From: a bacterium
GTDB taxonomy: Bacteria; UBA8248; JACPRG01; G963555815
Direction of reading: 5' to 3'
Assembly (NCBI GenBank): GCA_965261595.1
Contig: CBDHDG010000006.1
Location: 672,001-736,000, forward strand
Length of the DNA stretch: 64,000 nucleotides
Shown here in pieces: positions 10,910-22,580 of this stretch. How positions within the stretch are numbered: position 1 is the first letter of the stretch; the number at the start of each line of letters is the position of its first letter. The translations under genes and the position numbers were made by a program. The notes under the pieces were generated by a model. The model saw only the letters and a list, made by a program, of their open reading frames with translations. It did not search any database and had not been told where the DNA came from.

Positions 10910-11068
10910 CTACTCATCCCCTGAATCATCCGATCTTTCTTTGACGATACGGTCTACTTCGGCCATCACTTCTTCCCCGAAAATGCACGTCATCAGGTGC
11001 ATGTCGTCATGCTTTAGCGCATCTTCGGGAAGTTTCCGTTCCTTTTTCTTAGGAGCATCTTGACCCAT
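10910..11068 (-). CDS. 52-aa small protein antisense in the IS1595 leader
   Basis: MGQDAPKKK...LMTCIFGEEVMAEVD; homologous to 31465-31620. Confidence 0.6.
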   Translation of the reverse strand: MGQDAPKKKERKLPEDALKHDDMHLMTCIFGEEVMAEVDRIVKERSDDSGDE

Positions 11069-11606
11069 GCAAAGCCTCCTTTCCATGCTGGACAAGTATA
11101 AAAACGATGACGAATGCCGCAATGCCATTGAGGAAATTCGCTGGCCCAATGGCGTTGCCTGTACTCGGTGCGGGGATATGAGCATCGGAGAAATTCCGAA
11201 GCGCAATCAATACCAATGCCACGGTTGCGGATATCAGTTTTCCGTGACGAGTGGAACCATCATGCACGATTCCCGCCTTCCCTTCCGCAAGTGGTTCATG
11301 GGGATCTACCTCATGTGCGTATCGAAGAAAGGGGTATCGGCAAACCAGTTGAAGGAAACTCTCGGAACCACATATCGTACGGCTTGGCACCTTTGCCACC
11401 GCATTCGTGAGGCAATGGGAAATGACCCCCTTGAAGGTCCTACGCTGGTGGGCGTTGTCGAGGTGGATGAAACCCTGATCGGCGGCAAGAAGAAGGGCAA
11501 GGGGCATGGATACAGGGGGAACAAGCAGTGGATCGCTGGAGCCATCCAGCGCGGCGGGAAGCTCCGCGTCCAGCGCATTCCGAACATTCGGCGCAAGACC
11601 CTTCAT

Positions 11607-13908
11607 CCCGCATTTCCCATATGGATGATAATTTTTAACGCCCCGAAGGCCGTTTTCTCGTGTAAAATCAAAGTGTTGGCCTCTCCCTGCCATCATCTTG
11701 CGAGGGGACCCGATGGGTGAAGCGAAAAAGAGGCCGTTGAGGCTCCAATTCGACGGTCGGCTCAGGCTGGAGTTTCACGGAGCAAAGGTTACGAGTGACG
11801 CCGGTTTGCTTGCCTATCGTGAACTGGATGAGGTGTTGGGGCTGACGAAGGCGGCCGAGGGGTTTCTGTCCGATTCACGGACGGGCGGGAACACCCGGCA
11901 CAGCCTCACCGCTTTGGTGCGCCAGTCGGTCTACAGCCGCCTGGCAGGATATAAAGACACCAATGATGCCGAGCGGCTCTGTGTCGATCCCGCCATGCGT
12001 CAGGTGGTTGGGGGGCGAGCGAAGTATCACACCGCTGCCTCCACCAGCCAGATGAGCCGATTCGAGACGCAGACCCTCACCCGGCCCCTTAACCTCAAGG
12101 CGCTGAGCGGTCTGCCCGGTGTGTTGGTGGATCGTGTCCGCAAACGCAAGCCGATTCGCAAGCTGATCCTGGACATGGACAGTTCGGTCAGCCCGACCCA
12201 CGGTGAGCAGGAAGGCTCTTCCTACAACGGCCACTTCGGCTGCACCTGCTATCACCCACTGTTTTGCTTCAACCAGTTTGGCGATCTGGAGCGGGCGCTG
12301 TTGCGCAACGGCAAGGTCCACAGCGCTGATGACTGGTGGTCTGTATTGGAGCCGGTGGTAGCTCGCTACCGGGATGCGAAGGTCTGTCGGTTTTTTCGAG
12401 GCGACGCGGCATTTGCCAAGCCGGAGGTGTACCGATACCTTGAGGCGGAGGGCTACTCCTATGCGATTCGGCTTCCGGCCAACGCCATCTTGTACAGGGA
12501 CATCGAATGCCTTCTGACCCGGCCGGTTGGCCGACCGCCCAAAAGGCCCATTATCTTCTACCACAGCGTCTCCTATCAGGCGGCTAGTTGGGAGAAGCCT
12601 CGCCGGGTGGTGGTGGCGGTCGAGTGGCACCAGGGCGAGTTGTTTCCAAGAGTCAGCTTCATCGTGACCAACCTGCACTGGCGGGAAGAGAACGTCGTGA
12701 GGTTCTACAACCAGCGTGGGACGGCGGAGCAGTGGATCAAGGAGGGCAAGTACGCCCTGAACTGGACGCGCCTGTCCTGCCACGGCTTTGAAGAGAACCA
12801 GGTCCGCTTGCAACTATTTGCCTTGGCGTACAACCTGGCAAACTTCCTGCGGCGGCTGGCGTTGCCCAGAGCGGTGAAGCACTGGTCGCTGACGACGTTA
12901 CGCGAGAAGCTGATTAAGATTGGGGCCAAGGTGGTCACCCACGCCCGGTACACCACCTTCCAGATGGCCGAGGTGGCCGTGCCGCGTCAACTGTTCAGGG
13001 CAATCCTTGAACGAATTCGACGGTTGTGGTTACCGCCTCCCGTACCAGATACCGGATGACGGAGCAGATGGCCCGGAAGCTTAGTGACGTGGTGGAGACG
13101 GGGGATCAGTCTGCGCCGAACTCCCCTGAGTGTGCCGGTAGAGCTGGGTTTTCAAGGGATTGCGGCTTTAGGACGGCCGTTGCCCCTCGATTGAGCAGAG
13201 GGTTCTGCAAAGAGACCCTGAATCTGTAGTAAAATGGGGTACTTTGATGACACAGGAGGACCGCAGGATGGCTAAGAGTGGTCATCTGGGAAATCCCGGT
13301 TTAAATCAAGACAACTCTTGTATTGACCACCCGTTGCTCTTTAACTCAATTAGAGCCCTCTTTACCGGGGCTGTCAACACCATTTCGGGCGCCTGAAACC
13401 CTGATCGGAGCGGTATCCGCCATTGGAAAACCATGTCAGCGCCGGCGTGTAAACGGGCTTGACCACCAGGTTTGGAGTCTTCGTCATTTTGCCCTTGTGT
13501 GGACTCCGCTTAGGGTCGCTAGACAGGCACCGGGCATCATCGCTTGATTCTCTCCAAGATAAGGGCAAATGTCTTCCTGGATACACCGACCTCGGCCAAC
13601 TGGAAGGTGATGTGGCGGGCGTACCGCACGAGCCGGCCGCCCATTTTGAGGAGCTTAAGCTGAAGGCCGCGTAACGACCAGTGCTTGATCCCTCTCGGCA
13701 GGCCAGCAATCCCGCATCCGAAGTCATTCTGGTTCCGTGAAACTCAAGCCTCAGCCGACGCTCAAAACGGACCTTCAACGCCCACTTTTTCGCTTCACCC
13801 ATTGGATTACCCCGCGAGAGGATGGCTCGGGGAGGCTCATGCATTGATTTTACTCCAGAAAATGTCCTCCGGTCCGACAAAAGTTATGATCCATATGGGA
13901 TATCTGGG
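11607..13908 (+). mobile_element. composite IS1380 unit copy 1 (IS1380 + inverted IS1380 relic)
   Basis: Ends CCCGCATTTCCCATATGGAT / ATCCATATGGGATATCTGGG; 5-bp TSD TTCAT. Confidence 0.9.
11713..13059 (+). CDS. IS1380 family transposase
   Basis: [41 protein letters not shown]. Confidence 0.95.
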   Translation: MGEAKKRPLRLQFDGRLRLEFHGAKVTSDAGLLAYRELDEVLGLTKAAEGFLSDSRTGGNTRHSLTALVRQSVYSRLAGYKDTNDAERLCVDPAMRQVVGGRAKYHTAASTSQMSRFETQTLTRPLNLKALSGLPGVLVDRVRKRKPIRKLILDMDSSVSPTHGEQEGSSYNGHFGCTCYHPLFCFNQFGDLERALLRNGKVHSADDWWSVLEPVVARYRDAKVCRFFRGDAAFAKPEVYRYLEAEGYSYAIRLPANAILYRDIECLLTRPVGRPPKRPIIFYHSVSYQAASWEKPRRVVVAVEWHQGELFPRVSFIVTNLHWREENVVRFYNQRGTAEQWIKEGKYALNWTRLSCHGFEENQVRLQLFALAYNLANFLRRLALPRAVKHWSLTTLREKLIKIGAKVVTHARYTTFQMAEVAVPRQLFRAILERIRRLWLPPPVPDTG

Positions 13909-14268
13909 TTCATGACTTCATCCAGCGCACAGTGAAGGACGAGGCCGAGGCGATCTATACGGACGAGTTGAAGTCCTATATCGGTGTAGAGGATCATGAC
14001 ACACGCCATGAAACGGTTAACCATTCCGAGGAAGAATGGGTGATTGGAGATGTTCACACCAACAGCATCGAGGGCGTGTGGTCCCTGTTCAAGCGGTCCA
14101 TTATCGGAACCTTCCACAAGATGAGCGTCAAGCATATGGACCGTTACCTTGAAGAACTCGAATGGCGACACAACAACCGAGACAACCCCCACATCTTCAT
14201 GGACACTCTTAAGCGAATCATGAACACGGAACCCCTAGAGTACAAGAGACTCACGGCTTGAGGAAGGG

Positions 14269-15435
14269 CTACGATAGAATCCCATCGGTCTTGAGTTTTG
14301 AAATCAGATAGGATTGGTCTCTATCGCCCTTTGTGCTGTTGCAAGCTCCGCACAGAAGTTGAAGGTTTTCGAGTCCATCATGACCTCCCTTGCTCCGTGG
14401 CACAATATGGTCAACCGTCAAATTCCTGAACTGGAAAAACGTCCGGCAACCGCCGCACTTCCCTTCCTGAAGCCCAAATAGCTGATGCCGGTGCGTCCGG
14501 TAATTCGGGAGCCGTTCAAGGTCCGTCCGCGTTGGTATGTCTGTTCGGCGGATAGGCTCGAAGTTATGGAACAGGTCAATCTCCTTGCGGATGCGGACCT
14601 GAACCAAGTCTGACGCCTTCTCCGCTATATCGATCCCCACCCAGTGACGGTGAAGCCTCTCGGACGCGACACAAGCCGTGGCGCATCCTGCGAATGGGTC
14701 CAGCACCATGTCGTCCTCATTGCTACTCGCCTTGATGATCCGGCTTAGGAGGGATAGGGGCTTTTGGGTAGGATATCCTAATCGCTCCGTCGCTTGTGAT
14801 CCAATGGGCCGGATATCGCTGATGATGTCCTGAATGGGGTTTCCTTCTGATACAGAAAGATACCTCTTATGCTGAGGGACTTTCCCTTTTGGGGGCCAAT
14901 AGACATGACCTGTTGCATCCAAAACATCCAGTCTTTCTTGACATGACATTTCTGCATATCCTTCCGGGAATGGAAAATCCTTTGGCAATGCACGATCTGG
15001 AGGTATTTCCCAATGCCGACCCTTGTTGGATGGGTTCACGTCACGCCACGGCATTCCTGATGAACCATGTCTGACCCCCGGACCATCGAGAGTTACTAAA
15101 CGGAACCTCCCTCTTTCATCTGAGAATCGGTAGAAATTTTCAACATATGTCGGATCGTAGTCCTCATAGACTCGATTCCAGGTGTATTTACCTGACTTTG
15201 TATAGAACAAAATGGTGTCATGGATAGGCCCCCATCGCTTCGATCTTCCATGCGCCCCAGTGCGCTTCCAGATAGTTTCATTGCGGAAATTTCTGCGTCC
15301 GAACACCGCATCCATAAGCAACTTCAGGTAATGGCTGGCCGTTGGATCGCAATGGAGGTAGATTGATCCTGTCTCCTTCAAGACTCGGCGCATTTCAAGC
15401 TGCCTCACCGCCATCATGATCAGGTAGGACTTCAT
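14269..15435 (-). pseudogene. DNA methyltransferase (N4/N6 type) fused to C-terminal HNH nuclease; 5'-truncated by IS
   Basis: GSIYLHCD, YPTQKP, VLDPFAGCAT; then CGGC..VDHIVPRSKGG..NLQLLCGACNSTKG; the catalytic DPPF/Y segment is missing at the IS junction. Confidence 0.85.
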
Positions 15436-16840
15436 TCCCCCGCTCTAGGGTTTTGTTGGACACTCGATTGATCCATGATTCATGGAGAAAGGGGTGTCGC
15501 GATGAACGAACAAAAGCAAGAGGGGGCTTTGGCGGAGGGCGCCCGCAGGGCGAACGGAGCCAAGGCCCCAGGGCATCGCAGTGAGCGGGGTCGGTTCTCC
15601 TGCCAGGCGCAAGCGGGAGGCGGTCCTGCGTCTTTTGCGGGGCGAGAGCCTGGAGACGCTCTGCCGCGAGTTGGGCACGACAGCGGCTCGGCTTTCCGCC
15701 TGGCGCGAGGCGTTCCTTCGCGGGGGCGAGGCGGCGCTCAAAGCCCGCCCGGCGGATGAGCGGGCCGAGGAGAACGCCCGGCTCAAGGCCAAGGTGGGCG
15801 AACTCACGATGGAGGGCGAGGTCCTGCGGGAGAAGATCGACCGCCTGGAGGCCGGCCGCCCTTTAGCCGGCAGGAGGTGGAGGCGATGAGTCAGGCCCGC
15901 TTCACCTCCACGGGCAGAGCCTACGGCCTGAAGCGGGTGTGCGCCCTTTGGGGCTTGGCGCGCTCCACGGTCTACGCGCAACGGCGGCGAGAGGCGGTCC
16001 CCGTTCATGAACGCCCCACGCCCAATAAGCGCGGCCCTGTGGGCCCGTGCACCGATGCGGAACTCCTCGGCCACATCCGGCAGGTCCTGGAGGACTCTCC
16101 CTTCCATGGCGAGGGCTACCGCAAGGTGTGGGCGAGGCTGCGCTTCGCGGGCATCCGCACCAGCAAGGAGCGGGTGCGTCGCCTGATGCGGGAGGCGGGG
16201 CTTCAGGCCCCCCACCGGGTGGGCAAACCCCGAGGTCCCAAGGCCCACAACGGGACCATCCGCACCGAGCGGCCCGACCGAATGTGGGGCACGGACATGA
16301 CGACGACGGTGACCACCGAGGAGGGGGTGGCCTCGGTGTTCGTGGCGGTGGATCACTGCTCGGTGGACTGCGTGGGGATCCATGCGGCCAAGAGCGGCAA
16401 CCGCTTCGAGGCCCTGGAGCCGATCCGGAAGGGGGTCGCCGAGCGCTTCGCCGGCTTGGAGGCGGACGTCGCCGAGGGGCTTAAAGTTCGTCACGACCAC
16501 GGCCCCGCCTATCTGTCCGATGACTTTCAGCGGGAGATCGCCTACCTGGGCATGACCAGTTCGCCCAGCTTCGTGCGGGCGCCCGAGGGAAATGGCTACT
16601 GTGAGTGGTTTATCCGCATCTTGAAGGAGAATCTCCTGTGGGTGCGCTCTTTCGCCACCGTAGAGGAACTGCGGTGGGCGCTGCTTGAGTTCAAAAACCT
16701 GTACAACCATCATTGGATTCTCGAGGGCTACGGCTACCGAACGCCGGCCCAGGCAAGGCAGGAAAAACTCGCTCAAGTTGCGGAGGCCGCATGAGGTCGA
16801 ATACCCTCACCCGAGTGTCCAATAACCCAGGGGCGGTCCA
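15436..16840 (+). mobile_element. IS3-like element A (orfA frameshifted near 15606)
   Basis: Same ends as other copies; 1405 bp. Confidence 0.93.
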
Positions 16841-16841
16841 G

Positions 16842-18245
16842 TCCCCCGCTCTAGGGTTTTGTTGGACACTCGATTGATCCATGATTCATGGAGAAAGGGG
16901 TGTCGCGATGAACGAACAAAAGCAAGAGGGGGCTTTGGCGGAGGGCGCCCGCAGGGCGAACGGAGCCAAGGCCACAGGGCATCGCAGTGAGCGGGGTCGG
17001 TTCTCCTGCCAGCGCAAGCGGGAGGCGGTCCTGCGTCTTTTGCGGGGCGAGAGCCTGGAGACGCTCTGCCGCGAGTTGGGCACGACAGCGGCTCGGCTTT
17101 CCGCCTGGCGCGAGGCGTTCCTTCGCGCGGGCGAGGCGGCGCTCAAAGCCCGCCCGGCGGATGAGCGGGACGAGGAGAACGCCCGGCTCAAGGCCAAGGT
17201 GGGCGAACTCACGATGGAGGGCGAGGTCCTGCGGGAGAAGATCGACCGCCTGGAGGCCGGCCGCCCTTTAGCCGGCAGGAGGTGGAGGCGATGAGTCAGG
17301 CCCGCTTCACCTCCACGGGCAGAGCCTACGGCCTGAAGCGGGTGTGCGCCCTTTGGGGCTTGGCGCGCTCCACGGTCTACGCGCAACGGCGGCGAGAGGC
17401 GGTCCCCGTTCATGAACGCCCCACGCCCAATAAGCGCGGCCCTGTGAGCCCGTGCACCGATGCGGAACTCCTCGGCCACATCCGGCAGGTCCTGGAGGAC
17501 TCTCCCTTCCATGGCGAGGGCTACCGCAAGGTGTGGGCGAGGCTGCGCTTCGCGGGCATCCGCACCAGCAAGGAGCGGGTGCGTCGCCTGATGCGGGAGG
17601 CGGGGCTTCAGGCCCCCCACCGGGTGGGCAAACCCCGAGGTCCCAAGGCCCACAACGGGACCATCCGCACCGAGCGGCCCGACCGAATGTGGGGCACGCA
17701 CATGACGACGACGGTGACCACCGAGGAGGGGATGGCCTCGGTGTTCGTGGCGGTGGATCACTGCTCGGTGGACTGCGTGGGGATCCATGCGGCCAAGAGC
17801 GGCAACCGCTTCGAGGCCCTGGAGCCGATCCGGCAGGGGGTCGCCGAGCGCTTCGCCGGCTTGGAGGCGGACGTCGCCGAGGGGCTTAAAGTTCGTCACG
17901 ACCACGGCCCCGCCTATCTGTCCGATGACTTTCAGCGGGAGATCGCCTACCTGGGCATGACCAGTTCGCCCACCTTCGTGCGGGCGCCCGAGGGAAATGG
18001 CTACTGTGAGTGGTTTATCCGCATCTTGAAGGAGAATCTCCTGTGGGTGCGCTCTTTCGCCACCGTAGAGGAACTGCGGTGGGCGCTGCTTGAGTTCAAG
18101 AACCTGTACAACCATCATTGGATTCTCAAGGGCTACGGCTACCGAACGCCGGCCCAGGCAAGGCAGGAAAAACTCGCTCAAGTTGCGGAGGCCGCATGAG
18201 GTCGAATACCCTCACCCGAGTGTCCAATAACCCAGGGGCGGTCCA
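16842..18245 (+). mobile_element. IS3-like element A, second unit of tandem dimer
   Basis: Joined to the previous copy by a single G at 16841. Confidence 0.93.
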
Positions 18246-18293
18246 CCAGCGTGTGTTGAGCAAGCCCGGACGTTCTGTTCCGCGCGGGGGTCT

Positions 18294-18477
18294 GTAGGGG
18301 CCGGTACGGGGACCGGCCCCTACATTTAAGGGCGATGCTTGTCTGGCAGAACGTTTGTCCGTGGCTGCACGGAGTGGGTTGGGTTGCTCATGAACCGGCT
18401 CATATCGGGAGACCGACGACCCGCCCCTCCGGGCACACAACGCTTTCCGTCGTAGGGGCCGGTCCCCGTCCCGGCCC
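18294..18477. repeat. two GTAG-type REPs (18294-18323, 18452-18477)
   Basis: GTAGGGGCCGGTACGGGGACCGGCCCCTAC and GTAGGGGCCGGTCCCCGTCCCGGCCC. Confidence 0.7.
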
Positions 18478-18604
18478 GTCACACTCCCAGAGGGAACAGA
18501 ATGCTGGAACTTGGTCAGCACCCGTCCGTTGGGTCAATGATTCAAAGCCAACTGGTTCAATCGACCTACACCGTTCGGGCGTTTAAGTTGGTGAGAAATC
18601 CAGC

Positions 18605-20282
18605 TCAACCGCCGGAGATGGGCAGACGGACCCGGAACCGCGTCTCGCCGGGTTTCGAGTCCAGCGTGACCTCGCCCTTGTGATTCTCGCACACGATGCG
18701 CTCTACGATCTGCAGCCCGAGGCCGGTCCCCTCGCCCACGTCTTTCGTCGTAAAAAACGGCTCGAATATCTTTGACTGAATCTCTTCGGGAATCCCCGGA
18801 CCGTTGTCGGTGACTTCCACGGTGACGGTCCCCCCCCCCGCCTCTTGCGCCGTTCGGAGGCGGATGATTCCTTTTGTTCCCGCGGCGTCGATGGCGTTGT
18901 CGATGAGGTTCGTCCACACCTGGTTGAGCTCCGCGCCGTAGGCGTCGATGGGCGGAAGGTCCGGGTCGAACTCCCGATGGACGACGATCTCATGCTTCCT
19001 CAACTTGTGGTCGAGGATGGTCAGGGTGTCTTCCAGGCCCTGATGGACGTCCACGTCCTGCCGGGGGGCCCGGTCCATGAATGAATAGGACTTGACCGCG
19101 GCCACGAGGTCCGAGATGCGCCGGGTCGCCCGGTTCGTCTCGCGGACCAGGGCGTCGGCCGCCAGGGAGCGCTCCAACCAGGAGAACGCGGCCACGTAGG
19201 CCTCCTCGGGCAGCGCCGCGGCCAAGGATTCCAGCGGCTCGACCGATAGTCCCACCTGCGAGAAGATCGGCGCCATCCTCCAGCCCTCCTCGATATCGTG
19301 GTCTTCCAGCCAATCGGAAATCCGGTCTTCCATCTCGCTCTGCCGCAAGGGGTCCACAGGGGCGGCGGTTTCCGGATTCGGCGCGGCCTCCCGCTTGACC
19401 CAAAAGATCCGCTCGAGCTGGTCCGGCGTCAGCGACTTGCGGGCGAGGGCCATGGAGTGTTCCGCGACCGAGCGCAGCACCTCCTTCAACTCCTGCGTGG
19501 CCCGGAGCGAAGCCGCCGCCGGGTTGTTCAAATCGTGGGCGATCCCGGCCGAGACCTTTCCCAGGGCGGCCATTTTCTCCTGCTGCTGGAACCGCAGCTC
19601 GTTCTTCGCCTTTTCGAGCTCCTGGGCGCGCTCGACCTCCGAATGATGCAGCCGGGCGTTGTCGATCGCGCCGGCGACCTGGTTGGCTGACGATGGTGAG
19701 GAGAATCTCGTCCAGCTCGTCGAACGCGTTGGCCTGGACGCGCTCCACGGCGTACACGCCCACGAGACCGTCTTTGACCACGAGCGGGATGGCAATCTGG
19801 CTTTGCGCGTCGGGCAGGCCCGGCAGCGACGCGGCCTCCTGGAGCTTGTCCGCCTGGCCAGCCGCCTCCATGCGCGCGCGAACGGCGGACAGGTACGAAA
19901 GCTGGGTCTGGATGTTCCCCATGCGCATCATGCGGCGCCTTTTGGCGACGACGCCGATGACGCCCTGGCCGACCTTGACCTCCGCCCCGATTCCCGCGCT
20001 CTCGTACCCCCGGCTCGCGGCGAGCGTCAGCAGCTCCCCGGCGGGATCGGCCAGGAGGATCATGCAGTGCTTGAACCCGAGCACCGCGCCCATGGAGTCC
20101 AGGATGATGTCCAGGAGCTTGCCGAGGTCGAGGGTGGAATTAATTTCCGAGGAGATTTGCCGGATGATGTTGACTTCTTTGGTCTTGCGATCGATTTCGG
20201 CGTTCAGGCCGTCGATCACCTTCTGGCGCCGTGCATCCCGCTCCGGGGCCGATTCGCCGTTCTCTTCTTGGGCCGCCATCAT
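18605..20282 (-). CDS. GAF sensor histidine kinase (frameshift near 19688)
   Basis: GAF domain in ORF 18990-20348; [26 protein letters not shown] and FFTTK..GTGLGL in ORF 18605-19795. Confidence 0.88.
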
Positions 20283-20384
20283 GTCCTTCCGTCCGGTCCC
20301 GCACGCAAGCCGAAACGCATGATCCATCCAACGCCCCACTTCAACCAACCCGCCGCTTTGCCGATGTCCGGCGGGAGGGGGCCC

Positions 20385-22056
20385 CTATTCGGTCGAAGTC
20401 CGGAGGCTCATCTTGCGCACGGAAGAGACCCGGTAAACATCCGCGGCCTGGAGCTTGAAGACGCCGCTCATCCCGGTCATCGAGGCGATGGCCTCGATCT
20501 GCATGTCCAGCTCGTCGAACATGGGTCCTTCGGTTTCGGAATGATCGAATTCCAGGTCCACGCGCCAAGTCTGAAGCGTTCCGGGATTTGTGACAAAGTG
20601 GACTTACCCCGGTTTCGTGGAGAGTTAAGCACTTGGGTTTTCAGGGTGTGCGTTGTTGTCTCCTTTCGTAGTTAACGGGTGACAGGTTGTCGATGGAGGA
20701 GTGCCGACGATGCGGGTTGTAGAAGCCCTCGATGAACCCGAACACCTCCATGCGCGCCTCGGCCCGGGTGCGGAAACTGTGGCGAGCGAGGAGCTCGCAC
20801 TCCAGCGTGGCGAAAAAGCTCTCACACAGCGCGTTGTCGTAGCAGTCCCCGACCGAACCCATGGAGGGACGCCCGCCCGCCTGCCGGCAGCGCTGCCCAA
20901 AGGCGACCGAGGTGTACTGCGTGCCCTGGTCGGAGTGGTGGATGACGGCCCGGGGACGGCGCTTATACAGCGCCATGTCGAGCGCGTCGAGCACCAACTC
21001 GGCCCGCAGGTGTGTGGCCATCGACCACCCCACGATGCGCCGGCTGAACGCATCGAGCGCCACGGCCAGATACAAAAACCCCGCCCATGTCGGAACGTAG
21101 GTGATGTCGGCCACCCACAGCCGGTCGGGGGCCTCGGCCGTGAAGTTGCGGTCCACCAGATCAGGGGCCGGCCGCGCCTCCTGCCGGCGCTGCGTCGTGC
21201 GCGCTCCCTTGCGCCGACTGACGCCCGCAAGTCCCGCCCCACGCATCAGCCTGGCGACGCGCTTGCGGCCCACACGCACTCCCTCAGCCTCCAACTCGGC
21301 ATGGACGCGCGGCACGCCGTAAGTCCCCCGAGAACGCTCGTGGATCGCCTGAATGCGTTTGGTGAGCGCCCGATCGGCACACGAGCGGGCACACGGCGCG
21401 CGCCTGCGCCACGCGTAGTAGCCGCTGGAGGAGACGCCCAGCACCCGGCACATGGTGGCGGTCCGATACATGGCCTGGTTCGCCCTCACGAACCCGTAGA
21501 TCCGGACGGGATCGAATCGGTCTCCCGAGCAAACCAGGCCGCGGCTTTTGCTAAGATCTCCCGCTCCTGGCGGAGCTGTCGGTTCTCGCGGCGAAGTCGG
21601 CGCAACTCCTCCCGCTCATCGCTCGTGAGCCCGTCTTTGCGACGCCCCTCGTCAACGTCGGCTTGATGGGCCCAGGTGCGGATCGTCTGCGCCGAGGGCT
21701 CGAACTCGTGCGCCAGCGCCTCGGGCGTGCGTCCCGCCCGGACCAACTCTACCATCTGGCAGCGGAACTCCATTGGATAGCGTGGGTGAGTCTGTGGCAT
21801 CGTGAACACCTCCTTTACCCCCAAATCATCAGGTGTCCACCAAACCGGGTCAACTCCAAAGGACCATCGCGTAAGGGTTCTCTCGGATGTTCCGGTGGGT
21901 CTTGTTGAAGAACTGGTGGGTGAGGGCCACGTGCGATTCATCGACGTAATAGACCTGAGAGAGGAATGTCGCGTTCGGGACCCCCTGGGACGAGGCCGTA
22001 ATGATGGCGGATGGAATGACCCCCTGCAAGGCGGGCTTGATCTCGTCGGGAAGCAT
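20385..22056 (-). pseudogene. pyridoxamine 5'-phosphate oxidase-like protein interrupted by IS3 element B
   Basis: MLPDEIKPALQGVIPS...FFNKTHRNIRENP continues after the IS as VTNPGT...SETEGPMFDELDMQIEAIASMTGMSGVFKLQAADVYRV. Confidence 0.82.
20599..21858 (-). mobile_element. IS3 family element B copy 1 (orfA 21486-21800, orfB 20641-21489)
   Basis: TG...CA ends with IRs TGGACTTACCCCGGTTT / TGGAGTTGACCCGGTTT; WVADITY, HSDQG; about 3-bp TSD AAG. Confidence 0.93.
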
Positions 22057-22105
22057 GGTGATCGGACCTCCGGATGGGGTTCAACCGGGTCGGGGCGGCT
22101 GATGG

Positions 22106-22580
22106 CTATGGATTGGGAATGAATTCGATTTTATCGCCCGCGGCCGGGCCCGGCGTCTGATCGAAGACTTCCTCCAAACGAAACGACACCGCCGTGGAAG
22201 GGTCGTACACCATGCTCCCGAAATATCCTTCCGGCACGCCCAATGGGGTGTAGTGTGCGATCGCCTTCTCCCTGTAGGCGTCTTGAAAGGCCTTTTCCCC
22301 ATCGTCCACCGGCCGCGCTTCGATAAGCCTCCCCTTGACCTGGTAGGTCTCGTGGCTGCCGCCTTGGGACGCCGTGACGGCGACCCGGCCGTTCTCCCTC
22401 AGATCCCGCAGGACGTCCTCGCCCTCCACGTCGGGCAGGAAGAACGTGATGACGTCTTTTTCCGCGTCGGCGGTCAAACCAAAAGCATACGCGCCGGATG
22501 GCCGCAACGCCTCGCTCGCCGTTCCGACAAGCAACACCACCAGACCCGGTCAGAAACTCCACCAGCTTGTCAGGAATCAC
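22106..22580 (-). CDS. second PNPOx-like FMN-binding protein (frameshift near 22545)
   Basis: LRENGRVAVTAS..SHETYQVKG..FDQTPGPAAG; N-terminus lies in the adjacent frame. Confidence 0.7.

Larger units (their letters stand above)
11067..14261 (+). pseudogene. IS1595 transposase split by insertion (11067-11606 + 13914-14261)
   Basis: Zn ribbon CTRC..CHGC, VEVDETLIGG, YTDE, VHTNSIEGVWSLFKR. Confidence 0.92.
10856..15435 (+). mobile_element. IS1595-family element 1 with passenger gene; interrupted by the IS1380 unit, right end lost
   Basis: IRL CGTGATTATGCCCTTGACA resembles the element-2 IR; transposase halves rejoin across the TTCAT duplication. Confidence 0.85.

Noticed and set aside
16801..16880. 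Hybrid junction promoter in the IS dimer
   Set aside because: TAGGGT could be a -10, but there is no convincing -35 at the correct spacing
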